Assembly: GCF_902713615.1 (NCBI RefSeq)
Contig: NC_052155.1
Location: forward strand, 117,143,031 to 117,207,030
Length of the DNA: 64,000 nt
Direction of reading: 5' to 3'
From: Scyliorhinus canicula
Lineage: Eukaryota
Below the pieces are notes generated by a model. It made no database searches. It saw only the letters and a list, made by a program, of their open reading frames with translations, and was not told the DNA's origin. Positions 12,656-24,143 of the stretch are shown piece by piece; within the stretch, counting starts at the first letter, position 1, and the number at the start of each line of letters is the position of its first letter. The translations under genes were made by a program, and so were the position numbers.

Positions 12656-14107
12656 CTGCATTTTAGATGCAGCCATATTCCTCTTTTGAGGGTGAGTGAG
12701 TGGGTTCCAAACCTTGGAATCTTGCCAGCAGGTCAATTTACAGTAGTGTGTGCAAGGTCCTCGGTCCTAGTTTGGTGATATGCCACAAATACAGACCAAA
12801 CTGTCAAGAGCCTGGTGTTGTTAAGGCCCCTCCCTCAAATGTGAAAATTTAGCCTCTAAAGTGGAAAAATTGCAAATTTAAGATTCATCCCAGGTCATGA
12901 ATTTATAATCTCTCATGTTTGATACTGATTTTGGTGAATAGGTGGGTGGGCGAATTTGGGATTAAATAATAAATGTTATGTGAAGTGTATTAAAACGTGT
13001 CGAACAACAGGAATTACTGAAACAGGTCAAAAAGTAAGAGGAATAAACAGATTATGTCAAAAAAAACAAACGTTCAAATATTTGAAGATAGCTTCAAAAG
13101 AATTGCTTTTAAAAAATCAAGTTTGCGTCTTTTCAAAGAGTGGATTCTAAGTACTGCATTGCCTTAAATGTGGAGCTGAATTTTTCTGAAGTATTTCTCT
13201 TCACAGTTAATCATAATATTATCCTCAGAGGAAGATTTATGCTCGAGAACGTTGTGAATAGCAGGCAACAAAAAGAAGTGAAATTTCAATGGTTGTGAAC
13301 AAGAGAAAAAATATCTTACTACAGTCGATGTATTTAGTTGATAATCAGATCAGTTGAACCAACTTCAAATTAACTGCTAACTGTTGCAGAATTCTCTTCT
13401 GTAATATTTCCTTTTTTAGCTTGTTTAAATTCCCTTGTGTCTGTTTCCTCTTTCAGCCAGCATTTCAGGATGATATGAGTTTATGTCATTGCTCCTTTAC
13501 TGCTATGTTGTAATTAGCAAACATGAGGTGTACTCCTGTTCAGACTAATCTGAACCTTCTGCCTGTCCAAGGTACAGAAGTGTTCAGATGTGAGGGACGA
13601 TCCTTTGCTTCCACGTTCCAGGTGAAAGTTGCTCTGTCAGGGAGTGCAGGATGAGAAACTGGGCAGACTGCCCATGATTTGCAGGCTATTACAAATAATG
13701 GGATTGTGTTGGATTCCTTTCCTTTTACTGATAGAAACTGGCTTCTAGATTGCAATAGCAAATCTCTCTTCCATGCCGCTATTTGTATTTAAGAAGATGA
13801 AACAGACATCAAAACAGAGTTCAGGCTTGAACCTGGTGCTCCACTGAATTGTTTTTTGAATAGATCTATATGACGATACAGTGGGCTGGATTCTCCATTC
13901 GGGGAAATTATGCTCTCCTACCAGAGTTTAATCAGTCAGCCAGGGTACTGTCTCACCCAGTCTGAGTGTGGAAGGTTCGGCGAGACGGGGCTTTGTTGGG
14001 TAAGTCCATCGAGGGTGGCAATCCCTGCCGAGTGATTGAGGAAGTTACAGGCCATTATCCATATAAACAACCAAAATGGACATAAATTGAGCGAGAGCGA
14101 GAACAAT

Positions 14108-14281
14108 AGCAGATAAAATCAGGACCGGAATCCAACCTGCATGAGGGCAGGAGGAGTGGCAGCATGTAAACTCAGGGCCGGAATCCAACCTGCATGAGGG
14201 TGGGAGGAGTGGCAGCAGATAAAATCAGGACTGGAATCCAACCAGCATGAGGGCGGGAGGAGTGGCAGCAGGTAAAATCAG
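14108..14281 (+). repeat. 53-bp tandem repeat, about 3.3 copies, inside an old CR1
   Basis: Unit agcagataaaatcaggaccggaatccaacctgcatgagggcaggaggagtggc starts at 14108, 14161, 14214, with a partial copy at 14267. Confidence 0.9.
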
Positions 14282-14717
14282 AAAACTCTAGTGTCTTAAG
14301 GAGAATTTCCTTGATCTTACTGCCCGATGAAGGTGGGATTGATGGATCTGGTTCTGGGGAATGAGGTAGATCAAGTATCAATATGGGAACAGTGATCATA
14401 GTATCATGAAATTTATATTAGTTGTAGAAAAAGACAAGGAGCAATTGAGTGGAAAACTCCTTAATTGGAGGAGAACAATTTACAGTGGGTTGAGAACTGA
14501 CCTGTCCTGCACAAACTGGGCAGAACCGTAATGGAACAAAGCATTCCCTTTAAAGAGGTGCTTGCTTGGGTACAGTCAAGGTACATTCCAACGAGAGGGA
14601 AAGGGAAGGCAACCATAGCCATAGCTCCCTGGATGATGGAAGAGATAGTGAGTGGGATGAAACAGAAAAAGGGTGCATATGATAGTTGTCAGATTGATAA
14701 TACAAGTGAGATCCAAG

Positions 14718-15015
14718 TCAGTGGTTAGCACTGTTGCTTCACAGCGCCAGGGATCCGGGTTCGATTTCCAGCTTTGGTCAGTGTCTGTGCGGAGTCTGCA
14801 CGTTCTTCCTGTGACAGCGTGGGTTTCATCCAGGTGCTCCTGTTTCCTACCACAAGTCCCGAAGACGTGCTTGTTAGGTGAATTGTACATTCTGAATTCT
14901 CCCTCTGTGTACCCGAACAGGTGCTGGAGTGTGGCAACGAGGGTATTTTCAGAATAACTTCATTGCAGTGTTAATGTATGCCTACTTGTGACAATAATAA
15001 AGATTAATATTATTA
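14718..15015 (+). mobile_element. V-SINE with Rex/Babar-like tail
   Basis: V-domain core followed by cccgaacagg...cttcattgcagtgttaatgtatgcctacttgtgacaataataaag. Confidence 0.85.
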
Positions 15016-15689
15016 TTAATTACAGAAAGCTCCTAGGGGCATTGAGAACGAAAATGAAGGAGGCAAATAGTGAGTATGAGAAGAGACTGGCAGCCAACAT
15101 AAAAAGGAATCTAAAGGACTTCTACAGGCCTATAAATTAGTAAAAGGCTAATAAGAGGGGGATGGGACTGATTAGGAAACAAAAAGGAGATCAATACTTG
15201 AAGGCAGAGGGCCTGGCTGATGTACTAAACGAATACTTTGCATCAATTTCTACCAAAGATGTTGCAAAAGTCGTAATGAAGGAGAAAGTAACTGAGACAC
15301 TGGATGGGCTAAAAATTGAAAAAGAAAAAGTTTGCCCGTATTTAAAGTTAATAAGTCACCAGGGCCAGATGGGATGTAAGGGGTGAAAATTGTGGTGGCG
15401 ATGGTCAGAATGTTCCTGGGACTGGAGGTGTGTATGTGGGGGTGAGGCGAGTGGGGCAAGGTGTGGTAGTGACAGAGAACTGGAGGATTGCAATTATTAC
15501 ACCTTTGTTCAAAAGGACTGTAGTGTAAAGCCAGCAGGTTTAGTCTCAGTGATGGGAAAACTTTTTGAAATGATAATCTGACCCAGAATTAACAGCCGCC
15601 TGGCTAAGGGTGACTTAATTATAGAAAGCCAGCATGGATTTGTTAAAGGCAAATCATGTTTAATAAATTCCTTAAGTTTTTTTATAAAG

Positions 15690-16056
15690 AACATCCTGCA
15701 GCGATGTCCTGGAGCGGAAATGATTGACCTCTAACCACTACAACCATCTTCCTTTGTGCCAGGTACGTCTTCAACCAGGAAAGGTTCCCCCTCTGATTTC
15801 CATTGACTCCAGTTTTTCTCGGGCTCCTTAATGCCACTCGGTCAAATGCTGACTTGATGTTAAGAGCAGTCATTCTCACCTCACTTCTGCATTCAGCTCT
15901 TTTGCCCATGTTTGAACAAAGGCTGTAATGAGGTCAGGATCTGAGTGACCCTGGCGGAATCAAAACTGAGCATCTGTGAGCAGATTATTGCTGAGTAGCT
16001 GCCGCTTGATAGCACTATTGATGGCCCCTTCCAAGACTTTACAGATGATTGAGAGC
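15690..16056 (-). mobile_element. CR1-clade LINE RT fragment
   Basis: TALNIKSAFDRV...WLKTYLAQRKMVVVVRGQS. Confidence 0.75.
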
Positions 16057-16114
16057 ATCAGAGAATTACTCTTCAGGCGATTTTTAATATTCTTTGAAGC
16101 GGTGATGTGCCCTG
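16057..16114 (+). pseudogene. Possible decayed signal-peptide exon 1 of the granzyme pseudogene
   Basis: 58 nt reading (I/M)RELLFRRFLIFFEAVMCP-G|gtttgc. The phase-1 donor is compatible with the phase-1 acceptor at 20177. Start is ATC rather than ATG and the donor is weak. Confidence 0.25.
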
Positions 16115-18269
16115 GTTTGCAGATTAATGTCTGCCTTATAAAATCATAATTACGTTAATTTGGGAGAGGAGAAAGTCTATAAATAGAAGTAAATTCAATT
16201 TCAAACAATGGAGAGAGGTCTGTGCAACACGTACATTGAATGTACTCCCTAGCTGTGACAATAAATAAGGAAAATAGATTCAGTTAAAGACAATTATCAG
16301 ATATTTAGTTATTGAATGTGATAAGTAATTGCATTACATCTCAGAATCAAAGGCGGCTCTGGGAGAACTGGTGGTTAAGATGCTCAAAACCTTGAGATCA
16401 TTAATCACCTGTAAAAAGGCTTGCATTTACTTTGATCACATATTGTGCCCCATTTCTACGTTACTTCCAAGAATCCTTCTTTTCAGACACCGAAATGTTT
16501 CCTTTCCAAGCCCAAGTCCATTGGTAGAAGTGGGAAGTTGGAGTGATTAACGTTGGGAGAGTGGTGCGGGGGAGCACATTGAATCATGCACTGCTCAGCT
16601 GACTGTTCACCTGACTAATAATACAACTGGGAGGATTATGTCACATTGCATGGTGGAGCGGGCAGAAAGCCGTATGCTGCCATCATATCTGGGCACCATA
16701 TTTGAAAGACAACCAGGCAGCCAGTGATTCAGTGCATCAGAATTTCAGGGCACTTAAGATAGTCTCCAGAAAGCAATGTGCACTGGCCCCAAGGTTCAGT
16801 GATGCCTCTCTAGAGACTCTCCTCCAGGCAGTGGGGAGAGGGGTTTTGGGGGGGGGGGGGAAGGGGGGGTGAGATGGAAGATTTCCATGGGATGGGAGCG
16901 GGAGGCTCACGTGACTCACCATACGGCCTGGGAGGAGGTTGCCACGGTGACCAATAGTACAGAGGGGCTGAGGAGGAATGCCTGTCAATGCCGGAAACAC
17001 ATGAATGATTTGAACCGTTCTGCCAGGGTAAGTGAGGTCAATTACTCTCTACACTCATCCCACCATTTTCCGAATCTGTCATGGGATGTGAGTGTCAATG
17101 ACATGGCTAGAGATGCTGCTCATCTCTACAAAAAGACCTTGATGAGGCACTGGGTGCTACCTCACTGCAGTCTATGTGGTCTGCTGGTAGGGTGACAACT
17201 GCTGGAAGGGACCCAGCCACACTGGAGGTACAGATATTGTGGGCTGAGGTGGGAACAGTAGAGGGCAAATTGCAGATGTTGATGTGGTACCTCTATTGTC
17301 TTTGCCCTCCCTGCTGCTAGAGATCGCGGTACTGGAGGAGCTGCTGAAGTAATCCTGGGGACTGGGAGCAGTGCATCTTTCACCTAGCACACGCAGCTGC
17401 CAATGGGTCGGTGTTAATGCTGCTGGTTGACTTGCCAATCAAGCAGCCTGCTTCATCTTGGATACTCTACAGTTTCCCGAGTGCTGTTGGAGCTATACTT
17501 GTCCAGGCAAGTGGACAGTTTTCCCTCAAACTCCTCACACATGCCTTGTACATGGTGGAGAAGCATTGGGGAGTCAAACTGTCACTTTGCAGCCACAGAA
17601 CTAACAACATGCGACCTGCTCCTGCATCAGATGTGCTCACAATCCATCCATGTGTCTTTATGCAGGAAATTGGAGTGTACATGTGAGAGAGGAAGAAAAT
17701 AGGAGGGGGCATGCCTGACTTCTGGCCCCTCACAATTTGACCAGCAGGCTGCTAAGCGGGCAGAGAAGGGTTGTGACCGAGCCTGTGCTGAGGCGACGTC
17801 GGCCTACCCCAAGCAACCAGTGAGAAAGCCTGCTCAATCTCTGTAAATTGGAGTCGGCAGGCATTGTGCAATATAGGAGGCAGCCTTGGCAGTCACTCAT
17901 TCTCTCCTCTCTCCATCCCTGGTTGCCAGCAGGAAGAGAGTGAAGCCAGCCCCTGCACCTGAACTCAGCCCGAGCCCGCGAGAGACCATAGAAGACGATG
18001 AGGATGATTTCTCACCTATCCAGCTGCCATAGCATTCACCCTCACCCTCCACCAGCCCAGAGACACACACCTCATCGATGTAGTTTAGGCTCAGGATGGT
18101 CACCTCTGGTGGTCACCTCACAGACACGTGTCCACAGTAGGAGAAGACAGTGACAAAGTCCCCAGCACTCTGGGGACTGCTGGAGAAGAGGCCCCTGCTA
18201 ACTCTGAGTCAGACGATGAGCCTCTGAGGGCAGTCATGGAAAAGACACTGCAATATCCAGGAGATGGAG

Positions 18270-18430
18270 GGGGCTAGTTTAGCACAGTGGGCTAAATAGT
18301 TGGCTCGAAAAGCAGACCAAGGCTTGCAGCGCGGGTTACATTCCCGTACCAGCCTCCCGAACAGGCGCCGGAATGTGGCGACTAGGGGCTTTTCGCAGTA
18401 ACTTCATTTGAAGCCTACTTGTGACAATAT
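18270..18430 (+). mobile_element. Short tRNA-headed SINE with Rex/Babar-like tail
   Basis: gggctagtttagcacagtgggctaaa head; tail gactaggggcttttcgcagtaacttcatttgaagcctacttgtgacaata. Confidence 0.85.
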
Positions 18431-19217
18431 GGGATTTTCAACATCAGAGATGTCAGAAGCCCTCAATGGAGTGGAACGCGAGGTGGAGGAGTCTGTCCTC
18501 ATTCTCTCTGATGTAGTGGCTCCGACATGTGAGCACAATGAACTCTCCATGGCAAAGATTATGAACGCCATAGAGAACCTGGGCCAGCAGAATGCCCAGT
18601 GTCTGCTGGAGATGTGTTCAGACCTGCACTCCAATACTGGAGCTATGGGTGAGCTCTTGCAGTGGCTATGCAAGAGAGGACAGGCCAACTGCTCTCCCCA
18701 ACAGGTACTCCTTCTCCTCAAAGTGTCAGGGAGGGGCCCTTGGGTACTCAAAAGGAGGAGGAGCATCAGGCAGAGACCCCTGGGGCTTCCACCCAGGACT
18801 CTCCAAGGGTCTCCATATGTTCTGAGTCCCCTTTACCTGTGATTCCATCAGCTCCAACTTCTGAGACTATTGTGGCTGCATCTCTCCATAGCAAGGGACC
18901 CACAGATGGCTGGGGCCTCCAGAGGACACCAGGCAAAGACTTCATATACAGCAGGGCATAGTAGTCAACAGGCGGCCTCCACCTCTGCTGCAGATATTGG
19001 GGAAGTACCTAAATGTAACGGTAGGGTAAGAAAAATTGAAAAGCAGGTTCACACTGGTGGATTTACACCTGCAGTCAACAAGGCCATTAGATCATGGCCA
19101 CTGTCTCCCTTAAATAAACAAGCCAGTCTCTTCCCACTTGACCCCTCCAAACACAGGCCCTACAGAGTCTCATGCCCAGGCCGTCACAGCCTATCCTCTC
19201 GTGGCAGTCTGTCCATA

Positions 19218-19810
19218 CCATGGCCCTAACAGACTGACCCCCATGGCTCCGGCAGTCAGTCCTCCCATGGCCCTGACAATCTATCCTCCCCATGGCCCTG
19301 GCAATCTATCCTCCCCATGGCCCAGACAATCTATCCTCCCCATGGCCCAGACAATCTATCCTCCCCATGGCCCTGACAATCTATCCTCCCCATGGCCCTG
19401 ACAATCTATCCTCCCCATGGCCCTGACAGCCTGCCCTCCCCATGGCCCTGACAACCTGCCCTCCCCATGGCCCTGACAGCCTGCCCTCCCCATGGCCCTG
19501 ACAGCCTGCCCTCCCCATGGCCCTGACAATCTATCCTCCCCATGGCCCTGACAGCCTGCCCTCCTCCCCATGACCCTGACAGCCTGCCCTCCCCATGGCC
19601 CTGACAGCCTGCCCTCCCCATGGCCCTGACAGCCTGCCCTCCCCATGGCCCTGACAGCCTGCCCTCCCCATGGCCCTGACAGCCTGCCCTCCCCATGGCC
19701 CTGACAGCCTGCCCTCCTCCCCATGGCCCTGACAGCCTGCCCTCCCCATGGCCCTGACAACCTGCCCTCCCCATGGCCCTGACAGCCTGCCCTCCCCATG
19801 GCCCTGACAG
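19218..19810. repeat. 25-bp minisatellite, about 22 copies
   Basis: Units catggccctgacaatctatcctccc and catggccctgacagcctgccctccc; period 25 (19441, 19466, 19491). Confidence 0.95.
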
Positions 19811-20282
19811 ACTGTCCCCCCAGGGCTCCGGCAGTCAGTCTGACAGTCTGTCCGTGCCGTGACTCCGGCAGCCTGCCCTCCTGCAGGCCCAAGGGAATCT
19901 CTCTCACCCCCTCTTCCATTTACCTGCCTCAAAATCTCTTTCTCCTCAGCAAACTTGCCACCACTGTTGTTTGCTGCTCCTCCAATCACAGAAAGTTTCT
20001 GTCCCACATTTGCTGCTGATAGGCTCACTGACTTATACCTTCTGTGTAGGAGAAAGGCGTCAATTGAGATGAGTCACTCAGCACAGAATACCCAGAATAT
20101 CCAACCAGGACCTGTTCTCATGACTACAGTAATTCAACTGATCAAATAGCTTTTCAACATTCTTTTTTTAATGCAGATCATGGTGTGGAAATTATTGGAG
20201 GCCATGTAGTTAAACCCCATTCAAAATCTTATATGGCATCTTTCCACATTTTTAACAATAAAAAGAACAGCTATGTACATAA

Positions 20283-21130
20283 GACCATAAGATCATGAGA
20301 CAGAAGAAGAATTTGGCCACTCGGCCCATCGAGTCTGCTCCACCATTCAATCACAGCTGATATTTTTCTCATCCCCATTCCTTCTCCACATAACCCCTGA
20401 TCCCCTTATTAATCAATAACCTATCGATCTCTGTCTTTTTTGAAAAAAATTTAGAGTACCCAATTCATTTTTCCCAATTAATGGGACAATTTAGCATGGT
20501 CAATCCACCTACCCTGCACATTTTTGGGTTGTGGGGGCGAAACCCACGCAAACACAGGGAGAATGTGCAAACTCCACACGGATAATGACCCAGAGCCGGG
20601 ATCGAACCTGGGACCTCGGCACTGTGAGGCTGCAGGGCTAACTCACTGCGCCACCTTGCTGCCCTCTATCTCTGTCTTAAAGACACTCAGTGATTTGGCC
20701 TCCACAGCCTTCTGCAGCAAAGACTTTCACAGATTCACCACCCTCTGGCTGAAGAAATTCCTCCTCATCTCTGTTTTAAAGAATCGTCCCTTTACTCTGA
20801 GATTGTGTCCTCTGCTTCTAGTTTTTCCTACAAGTGGAAACAGGCTATCCAGACCTCACAGTAGCCTGTAAGTTTCAATAAGATACCCCCCCCCCCATCC
20901 TTTTAAACTCCAATGAGTATAGACCCAGAGTCCTCAACCGTTCCTCATACGACAAGTTCTTCATTCCAGGGATCATTCTTGTGAACCTCCTCGAGACCCT
21001 TTCCAAGGACAGCACATCCTTCCTTAGATACAGGGCTCACAATACTCCAAATGGGGTCTGACCAGAGCCTTATACAGCCTCAGAAGTACATCCCTGGTCT
21101 TATATTCTAGCCCCCTCGACATGAATGCTA
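20283..21130 (-). mobile_element. 5'-truncated CR1 inserted in the granzyme coding sequence
   Basis: CR1 3' tail at the left and RT C-terminal sequence at the right; acataa duplicated at 20277-20282 and 21131-21136. Confidence 0.9.
20438..20664 (-). mobile_element. V-SINE with A-rich tail, nested in the CR1
   Basis: 14-bp TSD tcgatctctgtctt (20424-20437) / tctatctctgtctt (20665-20678); 3' end is a T-run followed by As. Confidence 0.9.
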
Positions 21131-21928
21131 ACATAATTGCAGAGGAGCTTTGATCGGACGTAGATGGTTACTGACTGCAGCGCACTGTAAATCCAAAGGG
21201 TCTATTCGAGTGGTTCTTGAAGCTCATTCTCTTTCACGGAATGAGAAGAGTCAACAGAAACTTCCAGTAAAGGAACAACACCCCCACCCAGATTTCAACA
21301 AAGAAAACTCCAGAAAATTACATTATGCTGCTCATGCAAAGATCAACAAATATGTGAAACAGCTCAAACTACCTAAAGCTAAGCGTGCAGATGCGATACC
21401 TGGAACTCGCTGCACAGTGGCAGGATGGGGAGCAGCTGAACCAGCTTCAAAGTCTCCATCTGACACACTTGAAGAAGTGGACCTAACTTTCATAGATCGT
21501 GAAACATGCAACAGGAGTTACCATGGTAATCCTAAAATTACAGAGAACATGATCTGTGCTGGTGACTCAAATGGCAGCAAAGATGCTAACGCTGGTGATT
21601 CAGGTGGTCCTTTAATTTGCAAAGGTGTGTATGTACAAAGAGATTGTGGCATACCAACTGCCGAGCAGCCTGGGATTTACACCCTCGTATCAAAGAAATA
21701 CCTTGACTAGATTGCAAAGATAACTCGCATTTAAATTTACAATATGACAGCTGCAGCATTGTACTGAGTGTTGAGTCTTACTGACACTCTGTTTTACTCC
21801 ATAACTTGTTGAAGTCTTTCCTCAGAGAAGGACAATAATGCTTTAGTAAAATTGTACAAAGTTCTGTTATAAAATGAAATGAAAACCTGAACTGCAAAAA
21901 CAAAAGCTCACACCGGTGAACAATCATT

Positions 21929-23792
21929 GGGCGCAATTCTCCAGCCTCATTACGCTCTCGTTCAAGTGAAACAAGACCGGTCAATAGCTGGAGAAGCCAA
22001 AAAAGAGGATCACGCCATATACACAACAGATTGCGATGCAATCGGTCAGCTCCCGTTGGCGAAATCGGGATCTTGCCATGCTACCACCACTTAAGCCCAT
22101 TTCCTTCCAATTAATGAGAGCTACCCCAAATCAAACAATCTCCTGTCATTCAGGGGTCTCCCCAGCAAGTGGTTATGCTGGTGTATGCGATTAGTACTTC
22201 TTTTGAAAAATGTGAACCTGGCTGAAGGGCTTCTGTGGGGAACCGAGGAGGAGAGCAGCCATCTTTGCTCACAGGCAGAGTCCAAGCTTGCCACCCCAGT
22301 GCTCGGTGGGGTGTGGAGGACCTTCGGCTGGGGGTGGGGACCCTCCGCAGGGGTGGGCCGCCATGGGAGGGTACGCGGGGGGGGGGGCAACCCTCGGACG
22401 ACCGCTCGCGGCACCACCCATTCCAACCCTTGGACCGTGTTTACCTGTTCCGGGGGCCACCCTTGTCCCTGCCTGTCTGTCCCACCGGCCACTCATAACC
22501 CCCGCCGACTGTCGAGGCCTCTGGCCACGTGACTGAAGGCTATTGCTGATAGGGAATTGGCAATTGTGCTCAAGTGAGCACTTCACACAACCCAGGTGGA
22601 TTCCCGTGGGTGGGTGGGCCATGTAGCATCTGGATGTTATTGCCTAGCATCCCAATCACACCTTGATGCCTGGTCACTATGCTTGAACACTGCGGGTGGC
22701 AGCACCACACGCGCAGCAGCCAACATCCCAACACCCAGGGGATCGGACACAGCTCCAGGGACATGTTACAGCTGGAGGGTGGGTGGGTGGAGCCACGGGG
22801 AGAGGGAGATGCCTGCAGAGATGGCCCAAGCGTTTGGAGGTCAGCCCACATTGCAGAAATAAGTGGCATTATACTGGTTGTGCACAATGGCATTTATTGT
22901 GTGTGCCAATTCCCCACCTTCCGATGGTCCTGCCTCCTCCCCCAACCCCACCCCCAGCCCACTCACCCCCTACCTACCCCCCACCCCCTTCGCTCCCCCT
23001 CCTCCGGTGCCCTTAGTGATCCTCAATGTGCTTTGCCCTCCTAGATCTACGACTACATCTAGGTATGTCGCCAGGATGCACATCGGAGGGGTCAGAGGGG
23101 GAGGCAGCCAACTGCTTACCTCATCTACTAGCCTTCAATGCCCCTGGCGGGCGTCTTCTGGGAGCTCTGAAGCCGGGCTCACTTGTTGGAGACACAGTGA
23201 GGGCATAATTAGCCACACATATAGCTCACAGTGGTTGGGGGGAAGTTTAAAGGGAGAGGGGGTGAAGGAAGGGTTGGAGTTTGAAGGGGAAGGAGGGGTG
23301 ACCTTGGTGTCTTCCAGGTTTAGGTCACTGACCTTCTTCCTGCACTGGAGGCCAGTCCTCTGGGTCAAACACCCGGCGTTCACAGCCGCCGACACCATCC
23401 CAGCAGCACTGCCTGCCCTATGGCTCACCATCCAGGACCCTCGGGGGAACAGGACTTCCCTCCTGGCCTCCACTGCATTTAGCAGCCTCCCCAGGTCAGC
23501 GTCCTCGAATCTTGGGGCCAGTATCCTTGGCACCATTGTTGCGCGCTGGCTAGGGTTGGCTGAGCAAGAGCTGCTTAAGTGCTGCTCGACCTTGTTAGCG
23601 GAGGGCTGGCGAGCGCAGTGCCGGAGAATCGGCTGGTGAACCTTAATTTGCGTTGAGAAGCCCATGATGCCTCATTAAGTGGACCAATTAACGTTAAGTA
23701 GCATTGCCGGCCTCGCTGAGCCGAGCAGCCGAAAGCTCGCGGTAATTCCCGCTTGCTCGCACACTTAGAAATCTTTCCGGATAATCGCACCC
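21929..23792 (-). mobile_element. Non-autonomous PIF/Harbinger element carrying a Myb/SANT-like ORF
   Basis: TIRs gggcgcaattctcc / ggataatcgcaccc. Minus ORF from 23536: MVPRILAPRFEDADLGRLLNAVEARREVLFP...RTGLQCRKKVSDL. Confidence 0.8.
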
Positions 23793-23879
23793 AATCTACA
23801 TAATTATTGCACCTCAGTTAATAAAAGAATAATTTCACTTCATGAAGGTCTCCTAGGTTTTGTTGCTGCTACTTGTGTT

Positions 23880-24143
23880 AATAATAATAATAATTTTAAT
23901 TATCTTTATTGTCACAAGTAGGCTTACATTAACACTGCAATGAAGTTACTATGAAGAGCCCTTAGTCGCCAAATTTCGGCGCTTGTTTGGGTACACTGAG
24001 GGGGAATTCAGTATGTCCAAATGACCTAACAGCATGTCTTTCGAGACTTGTGGGAGGAAACTGGAGTACCCGGAGGAAATCTGCGCAAACACAGGGAGAA
24101 TGTGCAGACTCCGCACAGACAGTGACCCAAGCCGGGAATCAAA
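23880..24143 (-). mobile_element. V-SINE with Rex/Babar-like tail (5' truncated)
   Basis: tttattgtcacaagtaggcttacattaacactgcaatgaagttac followed by the reverse V-core. Confidence 0.85.

Larger units (their letters stand above)
14030..15685 (+). mobile_element. Old decayed CR1 LINE ORF2 segment
   Basis: Fragments LADVLNEYFASI, SVMGKLFEMII and agccagcatggatttgttaaaggcaaatcatgttta (QHGFVKGKSCL). Confidence 0.75.
16690..20106 (+). mobile_element. Decayed Harbinger-derived element with a multi-exon Myb/SANT gene remnant
   Basis: APRFSDASLETLLQAV...AWEEVATVTNSTEGLRRNACQCRKHMNDLNRSAR|gtaagt (17028); acceptor at 17665 then RERKKIGGGMPD; Ser/Pro/acidic third exon from about 17930. Ends approximate. 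Confidence 0.65.
20177..21734 (+). pseudogene. Granzyme A/K-like trypsin-family serine protease pseudogene, nested antisense in the JPH1 intron and split by a CR1 insertion
   Basis: After acceptor tctttttttaatgcag| it reads DHGVE-IIGGHVVKPHSKSYMASF...YVHN (IIGG at 20191). It resumes after the insert as CRGALIGRRWLLTAAHC...TVAGWG...NMICAG..KDANAGDSGGPLICKG. The catalytic Asp segment is frameshifted and reads NYIMLL, the GIVSF strand is deleted, and TGG>TAG occurs at 21708-21710 (ancestral stop probably 21732-21734). Confidence 0.9.

Noticed and set aside
19218-19810. CRISPR-like array or repetitive protein ORFs (187, 165, 122 aa)
   Set aside because: Head-to-tail units with no unique spacers; the period is not a multiple of 3; vertebrate context.
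21150-21710. Functional 186-aa serine protease
   Set aside because: N-terminus separated by CR1, catalytic Asp lost, internal deletion and premature stop.
22863-23639. 258-aa plus-strand ORF
   Set aside because: Antisense shadow of the Myb/SANT remnant in a Harbinger element.
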